The notes under the pieces were generated by a model that ran no database searches, was not told the DNA's origin, and saw only the letters and a program-made list of their open reading frames with translations. A stretch of 64,000 nt of DNA. Source: an uncultured Nitrospiraceae bacterium (GTDB lineage: Bacteria > Nitrospirota > Nitrospiria > Nitrospirales > Nitrospiraceae). Numbering within the stretch: position 1 is the stretch's first letter; the number at the start of each line of letters is the position of its first letter. Both the position numbers and the translations under genes were made by a program. The stretch lies in NCBI GenBank assembly GCA_963846575.1, contig CAWJWJ010000002.1:1632001-1696000 (forward strand), in the 5' to 3' direction. Below, piece by piece: positions 55,989 through 64,000 of the stretch.

Positions 55989-56768
55989 ATGGCCAAGAAA
56001 AAGCACGAAGAACACGAAAACCATGAACGCTGGCTGGTCTCCTATGCTGATTTCATCACCCTGCTGTTTGCCTTTTTCGTCGTGATGTATTCGGTGTCGT
56101 CGGTCAATGAGGGTAAATATCGAACGGTGAGCGAATCCATCAAGACTGCGCTGAACCCCGTCAACAGTATTCCCTCCAGCCGCCTCCCGTTCACCATCGG
56201 CGACGCCAAGCCGAAAATGATCCAGTCCGAAGCCGTGGTCGCGAACGATCCCGTAATCCGGCGCATGCGCGAAGTCATGACCAGAATCAATCCCGATCTC
56301 AAAGCGGACATATCGGAGGTTAAGATCGTGGAGAACGGGCATGGCACGATCATGATTTCGCTGCCTGAATCCATTCTTTTTCACAGCGGTGAAGCTCGCG
56401 TCCGACCGGAAGCGTTGCCGTTTCTCAAAGCTTTGTCCGAGATTCTGATCGAAATGGACCGTCAGGTCAGAATTCTTGGGCATACGGACAACGTACCGAT
56501 CCGGACAGCGCAATTTCCGTCGAACTGGGAGCTATCGGCCGGACGGGCCGTCATGGTCGTGAGAATCTTTGCCGAACTCTACGGGGTGCCGCTGACCCAT
56601 CTCTCGGCCACCGGCCTGGCCGACGCCAAGCCCCTTGCGAGCAACGAGACGCCGGAAGGGCGGAGCAAGAACCGGAGAGTGGAGATCGTCATTCTCGAGA
56701 AAACCGCCGATGAGGATACGCTGGATTCGATACTTCCCCACGTCGGACCGGCAGGACGCCCTTCCTAG
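55989..56768 (+). CDS. motB: Flagellar stator MotB
   Basis: ERWLVSYADFITLLFAFFVVMY; OmpA-like GHTD...NWELS..RA...NRRVEI. Confidence 0.96.
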   Translation: MAKKKHEEHENHERWLVSYADFITLLFAFFVVMYSVSSVNEGKYRTVSESIKTALNPVNSIPSSRLPFTIGDAKPKMIQSEAVVANDPVIRRMREVMTRINPDLKADISEVKIVENGHGTIMISLPESILFHSGEARVRPEALPFLKALSEILIEMDRQVRILGHTDNVPIRTAQFPSNWELSAGRAVMVVRIFAELYGVPLTHLSATGLADAKPLASNETPEGRSKNRRVEIVILEKTADEDTLDSILPHVGPAGRPS

Positions 56769-56958
56769 CAAGACGGAGCAGGACCCGTACTTCGCCTGGC
56801 ATGTCATCCGCGGTGTTATCCGAGACCCATACAGTGCGAACAGTTTGTCTCCACGCGCTCTGCTCTCAGTCTCGCCACTTCGCCACAGACCACTCGAGCG
56901 ACATGCCCTTTAGATCTCTCGTACCGGGAGTCCTAGTTCTCTGCGTTCTCGAGCCGGC

Positions 56959-56986
56959 TCAAGTAGCAACGCGCGCCAACCGATAC
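56959..56986 (+). promoter_or_regulatory. Candidate sigma28 promoter upstream of DUF420-like gene
   Basis: TCAAGTAG-N12-ACCGATAC. Confidence 0.55.
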
Positions 56987-57061
56987 TGTCCTGGGTGAAT
57001 GCATAGGTCCCCGGACCGGAGCAACCGCGTTGTAGATGTCATGGCGGCTCGGAGAGAGGAC

Positions 57062-57523
57062 ATGGACCTCAAAAGCATCCTTTGGTACCTCGTACTCTCC
57101 AGCGTGACGGTCGCTTATCTTTTCGTCCTGGGAGGACTCAAAGCGGCCAAGTCTCATGATGTGCCACATCATTCGAGCCGGATGATCATCAGCTGCACCA
57201 TCGTGGGGATTTGGCTGGTCGCCTATGTTCTGAAGCAGGTTCTTTTCGGACGCGAATCCTTTCATGGCACCGAGCAACAGTATTGGTCACTGTACGTGCC
57301 GGTCTTTGTGACACATATGTCGTTTGCCGTGGTCACGATCGCTCTGGGCAGCTACAACTTGTATATGGGGGTCCATCGTCTGCGATTCGGCAGTGTGGGG
57401 GCGATGGTGGCGGGCATGACTACCCATCGTCGTTTAGGGCATGCGTTGCTATGGACGTTCAGCGGAACCATGGTCACGGCCTATCTTGTCTATCTCATGC
57501 TCTTTGTCTGGTTCAAAGGCTAA
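57062..57523 (+). CDS. Four-TM membrane protein, DUF420-like
   Basis: Four hydrophobic helices with His motifs (HHSSRM, THM, HRRLG...W...TAYLVYLML). Confidence 0.7.
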   Translation: MDLKSILWYLVLSSVTVAYLFVLGGLKAAKSHDVPHHSSRMIISCTIVGIWLVAYVLKQVLFGRESFHGTEQQYWSLYVPVFVTHMSFAVVTIALGSYNLYMGVHRLRFGSVGAMVAGMTTHRRLGHALLWTFSGTMVTAYLVYLMLFVWFKG

Positions 57524-57740
57524 CTCGTGCGGACGTCGCCCATTCAAAAGCCTGCGTTGGAACGCGAGATGAATTATCCGGCACCGAGCCGCCGGTGCGT
57601 GGAACAGAAACCGGGAACGACAATGGGCCATCACACGCAGGGCCCAGAACACCGCTCCATCATGAGCGGCATGGTTCCGGGCAGTGCGAATCAGTTCTCC
57701 AATGTGAAACGGTAACCAAGCAGAACAAAAGGAGTCTCCC

Positions 57741-58079
57741 ATGACCATTACAGAAGAGATCGACAATCGTACAGCGACCTTGAAGTTAGAGGGCAGCTTT
57801 ACCTACACGCAACGCAAGCTGTTCCAGGAAACGCTCAAGAATCTGGGTCCCAAGGATGTCGAACATGTGGTCGTCGACCTGGCGCAAGTGGCCTTCCTGG
57901 ACAGTGCTGCATTGGGGTTATTGATGATCACACATCGTCAATTGGTGGCCGACAACCGCCGGCTCTCTCTGGCCCATCCCCAGACGACGGTTAGACAGAT
58001 CATCGAATTGGCAAATCTGCACAAGACGATTCCGCTCATTGAAGCAGGTGCCGCACCCTTAGCTAAGAAAACCGCCTGA
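57741..58079 (+). CDS. STAS anti-sigma-factor antagonist
   Basis: VVVDLAQVAFLDSAALG (phosphoacceptor Ser). Confidence 0.88.
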   Translation: MTITEEIDNRTATLKLEGSFTYTQRKLFQETLKNLGPKDVEHVVVDLAQVAFLDSAALGLLMITHRQLVADNRRLSLAHPQTTVRQIIELANLHKTIPLIEAGAAPLAKKTA

Positions 58080-58112
58080 ACACAACCGCGCGGAGCAAAG
58101 AAGGACTCGTGC

Positions 58113-58463
58113 ATGCATATCACTGAGCGCCGGGTCGGCCATGCCACCATTCTGGATCTGGCGGGTGAGCTAACCTATGTCAACCGCGGCGCATTCAAGG
58201 CAGCGACCGAACGCACGAGGCTGGCCGGCTGTCGTCATCTAATATTGAACATGGCGGCCGTCCAGTTCCTCGACAGCTCGGCTCTCGGCATGCTGGCGAT
58301 CCTGGCGCAGAGCCTGAAGGCATGCCAAGGCGTCGTCTGCCTGGTAAATCCGCAAAGCTACGTCAGAGAAATCATCACTCTTGCGAACCTCCACCGCATG
58401 TTGCCGGTGTACGACAAGGAACAGGATGCGCTCGCAGGGGAACAGTACCCGGCGATCGGGTGA
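58113..58463 (+). CDS. STAS anti-sigma-factor antagonist
   Basis: LILNMAAVQFLDSSALG. Confidence 0.88.
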   Translation: MHITERRVGHATILDLAGELTYVNRGAFKAATERTRLAGCRHLILNMAAVQFLDSSALGMLAILAQSLKACQGVVCLVNPQSYVREIITLANLHRMLPVYDKEQDALAGEQYPAIG

Positions 58464-58486
58464 CGACGGGATCTGGAGCCCGAGCC

Positions 58487-59749
58487 GTGACCTATCACAT
58501 ACGACAGAGACAGCAGGCTGCTGCAGCCAGAGCGGGTAAACCCGCACCGGTCATTCTCCTGGTCGACGATGACGATCTGACCCGGACCAGCCTGGCCGGA
58601 CGCCTGAAACGGCTGGGGTATCGTGTCATCGAAGCGGCCGACGGAGACGCAGGCCTCGTAGCCACACGGAACCACCGTCCTGACCTCATCATCCTCGATT
58701 GGATCATGCCCGGACTGGATGGTCCAAGCGTCTGTGAAGCCATCCGTGCGGACGCAGACTTGAAGTCGAGCCATGTCGTCTTGATGACGGCACACGACCG
58801 GCCCGATCAAATCGCGGAGGGGCTGTCGCGCGGAGCCGATGATTTCCTAAGTAAAGCGGCGAGCACGCAGGAAGTCCTCGCGCGGGTACAAGCCAGTCTC
58901 CGGTCCAGCGCGCTCGTTCGCGAGATCGAACGCACCCGCGACGATCTCGACGCCTCCAACCGGTTACTGTCCGCCAAACAACAAGAACTGGAAAGCGAGC
59001 TGCAGTCCGCGGCCGAGTTCGTCAAATCACAACTCCCGCAGCCCGGCCTGGCGGCGCCGGGACTCGCCATGCAGTGGGCCTATCAGCCCTCCTTGGCACT
59101 GGGGGGCGACTTGTTTCACGTCAGTCAATGGGGCATGGATACCCTGGGACTGTACATTCTCGACGCCTCGGGCCATGGGGTCGCCGCCGCGCTGCGCGCC
59201 ATCGCATTGATGAGCTTTCTGCGCGAAGATAATCTGGCGAAAGCCGTCGGAAGCTATGATCCGGGCGCCATTGTCAGCGAAGCCAATCGGCGCTTCCCCT
59301 TGACGCAGGAGGGGGAGTACTTCACCCTCTGGGTCGGACGCCTGCACCTCCCGTCGCGAACCCTCTTCTATGCGTCAGCCGGCCACGGCGGAGCCTTCGT
59401 GCACTCGACCGGCAGAGCCTCCCAATGGTTGTCGCAGCCAAGTCTCCCGTTGGGATTCGATACCGGGATCGCCTTCGAAACCGCTTGTACCTCCCTGCAT
59501 GTACGCGATCGCTTGTACCTATTCAGCGACGGCATCTATGAAGTTCCCTCGGCGACCGGAGAACTCTGGGGCCGGGACCGTCTACAAGACACGCTGGAAA
59601 CGCGCCGCGACATTGAGTTAGAGCAGTGCATGAGCCAGACGATGGCCACCGCACAGCAGTGGCTGGGAGGCAACATTTTTCCGGACGACGTGGCGCTGGT
59701 CGGATTGGAAGTACTCGAGGATTCAGGTGCCATTGGGATGGAGCCTTGA
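58487..59749 (+). CDS. Response regulator with PP2C/SpoIIE phosphatase output
   Basis: ILLVDDD...LDWIMP; LGGD, DASGHG, SAGH, FSDG, DDVALV; start at 58460 or 58487. Confidence 0.9.
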   Translation: MTYHIRQRQQAAAARAGKPAPVILLVDDDDLTRTSLAGRLKRLGYRVIEAADGDAGLVATRNHRPDLIILDWIMPGLDGPSVCEAIRADADLKSSHVVLMTAHDRPDQIAEGLSRGADDFLSKAASTQEVLARVQASLRSSALVREIERTRDDLDASNRLLSAKQQELESELQSAAEFVKSQLPQPGLAAPGLAMQWAYQPSLALGGDLFHVSQWGMDTLGLYILDASGHGVAAALRAIALMSFLREDNLAKAVGSYDPGAIVSEANRRFPLTQEGEYFTLWVGRLHLPSRTLFYASAGHGGAFVHSTGRASQWLSQPSLPLGFDTGIAFETACTSLHVRDRLYLFSDGIYEVPSATGELWGRDRLQDTLETRRDIELEQCMSQTMATAQQWLGGNIFPDDVALVGLEVLEDSGAIGMEP

Positions 59750-60108
59750 TGGAAAATCAGCCGGTCATGAACCTCTCAGCGGCCCTCGAGCGATTCGACG
59801 GCGATCACGAGCTGTTTCTCACCCTGGCGGGGATGTTCATCGAGCGGGCCACCCAGACCATCACCGCCATTCAGGCAGCCCTGTCCACTCAGGACCTCGC
59901 GCTCCTCGCCAAGGAAGCGCACAAGCTGAAAGGCTCGGCCATGGAGTTTTGTGCGCATGCGGCAGTGACCACCGCGGCTCAGCTCGAAGCCAGCGCTCGA
60001 GAGGGTGCCGTTCAGGAAATGGTCGAGCTCGGTGAACGGATGCAGGTGGAAACAAGACGGTTGGCCGACGAATTACAGGCGATCATGGAAAGAGGATTTC
60101 CCTCATGA
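59749..60108 (+). CDS. Stand-alone Hpt phosphotransfer protein
   Basis: ALERFDGDHEL...EAHKLKGSA. Confidence 0.88.
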   Translation: MENQPVMNLSAALERFDGDHELFLTLAGMFIERATQTITAIQAALSTQDLALLAKEAHKLKGSAMEFCAHAAVTTAAQLEASAREGAVQEMVELGERMQVETRRLADELQAIMERGFPS

Positions 60109-61004
60109 TGCGCCCGGGGACATCAAAAACGCTCTTGGTCGTCGGTCCTTGCCTCGAGACCCAGGCGTTGGCGTTCGAGCAGGCCAAACCACGCGGCCTT
60201 TCGGTCATCATGGCGCCCGATCCATCCGGAGCGATGGCAATGTTGGAGATGGCCATCCCCGACGTCGTATTGAGCGACCTCTGCTTTCCGGATCGTACCG
60301 GCATTGCTCTCATCCGTGACATTCGCAGGCGCTTCTCCCATACCGCCCTGATCGCAGTGGCGGAGAAGGGGACCGAGGACACGATGCTCGAGGCGCTGCG
60401 AGCCGGCGCGATCGACTATCTCCACAAACCGGTCATCGGCCTGCAACTGGGCATGGCGCTCGACCGGGCGCTCCAGGTTGTTCCCCAGACCATAGGAGAT
60501 GTACCGGGCATCGAACAAGTGGAGTATCGGCTGGTGATCGGCACCGATCCCGCTAATGTGGAGGCCTGCGTTTCCTGGCTGATCGCCGAAACAGCCAGGG
60601 TGCTCCCCGACATGATGCGGTTGCATCTGCGCGCCACCCTGATTGAACTGATCGTGAACGCCGTCGAGCATGGCAGCCTGGAGATTTTCTACCAGGAAAA
60701 ACACGAGGCCCTGGGCAGCGACCGGTATGAGGCACTCATTGCCCAACGGCGCAGCGATCCGCGTTTCGCCGCACGGCGCGTCACCATCCGGGTCTGCAGT
60801 GACCAGGCGACCCGCCGCACCCGCTATACCATCAGTGATGAAGGCGCGGGCTTCCAATGGAACAGCTTCCTGACACGGTCGGACAAGCCCTGTGACAGCC
60901 GGCACGCCAACGGGCGCGGCGTCTTTCTGGCCAAAGCCTTTTTCCCCGACCTCACCTACAACGAACGGGGAACCGAAGTCACGTTTTCCGTGCCACTCCC
61001 ATAA
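60105..61004 (+). CDS. REC + HATPase (RsbW-like anti-sigma/Ser kinase)
   Basis: VVLSDLCFP, GAIDYLHKP; ELIVNAVEHG, DEGAGF, NGRG, YNERGT. Confidence 0.82.
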   Translation: MMRPGTSKTLLVVGPCLETQALAFEQAKPRGLSVIMAPDPSGAMAMLEMAIPDVVLSDLCFPDRTGIALIRDIRRRFSHTALIAVAEKGTEDTMLEALRAGAIDYLHKPVIGLQLGMALDRALQVVPQTIGDVPGIEQVEYRLVIGTDPANVEACVSWLIAETARVLPDMMRLHLRATLIELIVNAVEHGSLEIFYQEKHEALGSDRYEALIAQRRSDPRFAARRVTIRVCSDQATRRTRYTISDEGAGFQWNSFLTRSDKPCDSRHANGRGVFLAKAFFPDLTYNERGTEVTFSVPLP

Positions 61005-61109
61005 ACCTTCCGAGCGTCACTCGGCTTCCACTTGACGCGCTTTGCAACCGCGGTTTATCTTGCGATCGCTCATGCACTCCCCATGGCCCACCTCTTCTAT
61101 GAGGCAGCA

Positions 61110-61352
61110 ATGACGCTTCGATCATGCCAGGCGCTCCTCCTTTCGGCGGCTTTCTTTCTGTCAGTCGGGTGCAGCAGTTCCGAATGGATGCACCCCACTC
61201 GGCCTAAAGACCAGTTTACGCTCGACTACAACAAGTGCCAGGCCGATACGTTACGCGACCCCAAACTCCAACAGGGGATTCAACTGCTCATGATTCAGGC
61301 CACCGAACGTTGCGTCCAGAAACTAGGCTGGCGGTTGGTCGAGAAGGAGTAG
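61110..61352 (+). CDS. Small putative lipoprotein
   Basis: Signal peptide with lipobox SVGC; two further Cys (YNKC, ERCVQKLGW). Confidence 0.65.
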   Translation: MTLRSCQALLLSAAFFLSVGCSSSEWMHPTRPKDQFTLDYNKCQADTLRDPKLQQGIQLLMIQATERCVQKLGWRLVEKE

Positions 61353-61366
61353 AGGCGGGGAGACCG

Positions 61367-63238
61367 TCAGAGAAACCGCAATCGGGTCATGAACTCGTGT
61401 GGCACCGGACCGGTATGTTCAACCCTCAGGGTCGTGATGGGTTCCTTCGACCCATACCGTGTGGAGGCCCAGCCGCCGACCGGTTGCACGCTTCCCTCGC
61501 AGAGCCGGCTCGTCCCGCCCTCAATAGTAAGCAGGAGCGGCCTGGCGAACCCTTCCAACTGGTAGCCCCCGTCGACCGGCATGGGCCGGCAGCCCAGATG
61601 CCAGTTCAATTCCAGATGATGGACGCCGGTTCCCGTGAGCCAGTCCCAGATCATCCACGAGCCCGGGGGTTCATACGACACGCCGCGCAAATGGGTCACG
61701 CCCAATCGGTCCTTGTACCCGTAGTGCCGGGCAATAACCGTAATTTTGCCTTCGGGCGTCTCCTCCTTATAAACCAGATGGGTATCGAAAGGCAGCGACC
61801 AGGCCATCGGCCCATCCTGCAGCGCCTGGTCCAAGCCATCGATCACCACGGTGTTGTGCGCGCGCGTTCCCCGGAAGTACCGTCGCCACTGAACATCACC
61901 CGTGTAGGTATAGGTGCCGGGATCGAGCAGCACGTCGCGTGGTCCGATTTTGAGCAACAGGGAGAGCGCATCGGCATGCCCATGGGTATAGCGGGGAGGC
62001 ATGCCCAGCGCCCCATGGTCGAAAATCGCCTGGTCCGCCTCACGACCGCGAATAATCGAATAGCCGGAAAGATGGAAGGTTGTCAGCCCCGGCTGGTGCG
62101 GCTTGACGGGATTCGAAAAATGCAGACACGGCGATAGCGCCGTTTCATGCTCGCCATCTCCGATCCGGGGCAACGTGCCATCAGCGGGGCTGCGGAACTC
62201 GCTCAGAAACTCACAGCTGCGGTCGAACACCTGGCGGAGCTTCTCCGGAGCAGGCTCCCCCCGATGATCGAGCAATGCCAGAACCAGCCCGTGCAGATCG
62301 GTACTGAATTGGAGATATCCCAACCCCTGTTCCTGGCTGCCGCCGTCATGACTGATGTGCCGCGGAGTCTCCTCTTCCAGCAGATAATGACCGAATGCCA
62401 GCCACCGCTCCGACAGCGGCATCTCGGGAAACAGGCTCCCGGCATAGATCAGTGCCGTCGCAGCGGCCAACGTGTCGTGGGGAGTGGACAGCCGGAGCGA
62501 CAAGCGCTTCCGGATCAGTTCCGCATGGGCGGAGATGAGCGTGAGCACCGCCGGCCAGACCCGATCGGGAGCCTGTCGCCAGGCGCGGGTCAAATCCATG
62601 GCATAACAAACGGCCAGGATACGAAGGGCACATTCCGTCGGTGAGATGTAATGGATACCGATCAAAAACGGATTGGACTCGACCCAGGACAGGAGCTGGG
62701 TCTCACAGACCGCCACCGCCCGATGACGCCTTTCCGGGTCAGCCTGTTGCGCGGCGAGCGCCAGACGCACCAGATGCTGAAGGCGTGAGGCCTCCCAGGT
62801 AATGCGGATATCCCCGGCGGGTTTGCCTGTTTGGATCGGAATCTCAGTGAAAAACCGACGCGGCCAGGCATCTCCCGTGTCCGGGGCCCGGTGCCAGCAG
62901 GATCCATCGGCGCACCAGGTCCAGGGATACCCGAACACCGTCATGGATCCCTTGAGCAAGGCCTCCACTTGCGCATCGTCCGCCGGGACCCGCCAGGGCA
63001 GGGGAGGGAGGAGGGGCGTCGGACTTGTGCAGAACGAATAGGTCGACAGGTCCTGCGCCGTGAACCGGCGGTCGAACGAATGCCCCCTGAACCGTTGCTG
63101 CAAGTGCAGAAGGGAAAAGAAGCCGCGCTCCCTCGTCCGTCGCCACCATTCCGGCGGACCGGTCGCGGCGAGCGTCCTCACCGACGAGGCGAGGCGACGC
63201 GGCAGCACATCGGGATTGAAAGAAAACGTTACGCGCAA
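61367..63238 (-). CDS. Heparinase II/III-like protein
   Basis: DIRITWEASRLQHL, HGHADALS, DPGTYTY, RGTRAHNTV; start uncertain. Confidence 0.8.
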   Translation of the reverse strand: MRVTFSFNPDVLPRRLASSVRTLAATGPPEWWRRTRERGFFSLLHLQQRFRGHSFDRRFTAQDLSTYSFCTSPTPLLPPLPWRVPADDAQVEALLKGSMTVFGYPWTWCADGSCWHRAPDTGDAWPRRFFTEIPIQTGKPAGDIRITWEASRLQHLVRLALAAQQADPERRHRAVAVCETQLLSWVESNPFLIGIHYISPTECALRILAVCYAMDLTRAWRQAPDRVWPAVLTLISAHAELIRKRLSLRLSTPHDTLAAATALIYAGSLFPEMPLSERWLAFGHYLLEEETPRHISHDGGSQEQGLGYLQFSTDLHGLVLALLDHRGEPAPEKLRQVFDRSCEFLSEFRSPADGTLPRIGDGEHETALSPCLHFSNPVKPHQPGLTTFHLSGYSIIRGREADQAIFDHGALGMPPRYTHGHADALSLLLKIGPRDVLLDPGTYTYTGDVQWRRYFRGTRAHNTVVIDGLDQALQDGPMAWSLPFDTHLVYKEETPEGKITVIARHYGYKDRLGVTHLRGVSYEPPGSWMIWDWLTGTGVHHLELNWHLGCRPMPVDGGYQLEGFARPLLLTIEGGTSRLCEGSVQPVGGWASTRYGSKEPITTLRVEHTGPVPHEFMTRLRFL

Positions 63239-63649
63239 TGCATTGCCCTGAACTGGTTAGAGTCGAGTCATCTTCGCTGAACAAGTCTCTGTCCATTCGG
63301 CCCGGGGACCAACAAGTGCTACTGACGCCCACAGTACAATCGTCGGCTTCGGAGGTCAACGTCGAAATATCACGTAGAAGAGAGCCGCGACAGCCTCCCG
63401 GGGGTCGCGGTGGGGCGGCCACAGCGGTGTGAGATGAGACAGTGCAATGCATGCTTCAGCCTGCCGTGATCGTCGGGCCTCACAGAAAGAGGAACAAATA
63501 TGGTAAGAGGATGCGCGAAGACCTGAGGAACCGGGAAGTTCGCGAGAACCAAATCGACGGAATCCTTTTGGCAACGCCCCAAACACGATATACTGCAGGC
63601 CTGAACAGATCCACAGGCCATTGATCACAACCAGCCAGGACGTACTAAC

Positions 63650-64000
63650 GTGAAACGCATCGATCTCATTGCAGGGGCTCGTCCCAACTTCATGAAAATC
63701 GCGCCGATCATCGACGCGCTCAATGCGGCCAAAGACCGGGGCGGACATCTGCGGTTTCGCCTCATCCATACGGGCCAGCATTACGACCGCGCCATGTCCG
63801 GCAGCTTCTTCGAAGAACTCGGCATTCCCGATCCGGACATCAACCTCGAGGTGGGTTCCGGCACCCAGGCCGAGCAGACCGCCGGCATCATGGTGGCGTA
63901 CGAGAAGGTCCTGCTGAAAGAGAAGAGCGACCTGTGCCTGGTCGTGGGCGACGTCACCTCCACGATGGCCTGTTCCATCGCGGCTCGCAAGCTGGGGCTG
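63650..64000 (+). CDS. wecB: UDP-N-acetylglucosamine 2-epimerase, non-hydrolysing (3' partial; absent from the ORF track)
   Basis: GTG start; MKRIDLIAGARPNFMKIAP...HTGQHYD..MS..FFEEL...VVGDVTST. Confidence 0.92.
   Translation, partial: MKRIDLIAGARPNFMKIAPIIDALNAAKDRGGHLRFRLIHTGQHYDRAMSGSFFEELGIPDPDINLEVGSGTQAEQTAGIMVAYEKVLLKEKSDLCLVVGDVTSTMACSIAARKLGL

Noticed and set aside
63384..63410. CCGCGAC...GTCGCGG hairpin in the ~410-nt gap before wecB as an ncRNA or ops/JUMPstart element
   Set aside because: No GGCGGTAG ops motif or recognisable RNA family
1..64000. CRISPR arrays, tRNA/rRNA, IS elements
   Set aside because: No regularly spaced repeats, cloverleafs, transposases or terminal inverted repeats were seen by eye

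Overview
A ~60% GC bacterial chromosomal segment. It is probably Nitrospira/Nitrospirota; this is inferred from gene order and recalled protein sequences, not from a search. It holds the right half of a flagellar-chemotaxis supercluster, in this order: (1) flhA(partial)-flhF-flhG-fliA; (2) a catalytically dead GGDEF membrane protein; (3) a sigma54-driven flgFGAHIJ operon; (4) flgMNKL and csrA-fliW; (5) a divergent HD-GYP/hybrid kinase versus PilZ pair; (6) a ~20 kb putative flagellin-glycosylation island (ColD-like dehydratase, SDR, HddA/HddC heptose enzymes, PLP aminotransferase, two B12 radical SAM enzymes, a YerE-like ThDP enzyme, a 1463-aa multi-domain glycosyltransferase, and a GT9/Maf-like/GT9 cassette) directly upstream of a minimal flagellin; (7) fliC-flaG-fliD-fliS, a second PilZ and a second MinD/FlhG; (8) an HTH-led cheRYZAV-cheB-mcp-cheW cluster and motAB; (9) a STAS/PP2C/Hpt/anti-sigma partner-switching module; (10) the start of a polysaccharide locus (heparinase II/III-like gene, wecB). 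The most notable observations are an apparently unusual branched/methylated deoxy-heptose flagellin glycan pathway, a tandem MshEN-like (c-di-GMP-binding type) motif replacing P2 in CheA, strong enrichment of C-terminal Ala-Ala (ClpXP-like degron) ends, nine sigma28-like promoters with identical 12-nt spacing (including two back-to-back pairs), and a GC-shifted cheA. No rRNA, tRNA, CRISPR array or mobile element was recognised.
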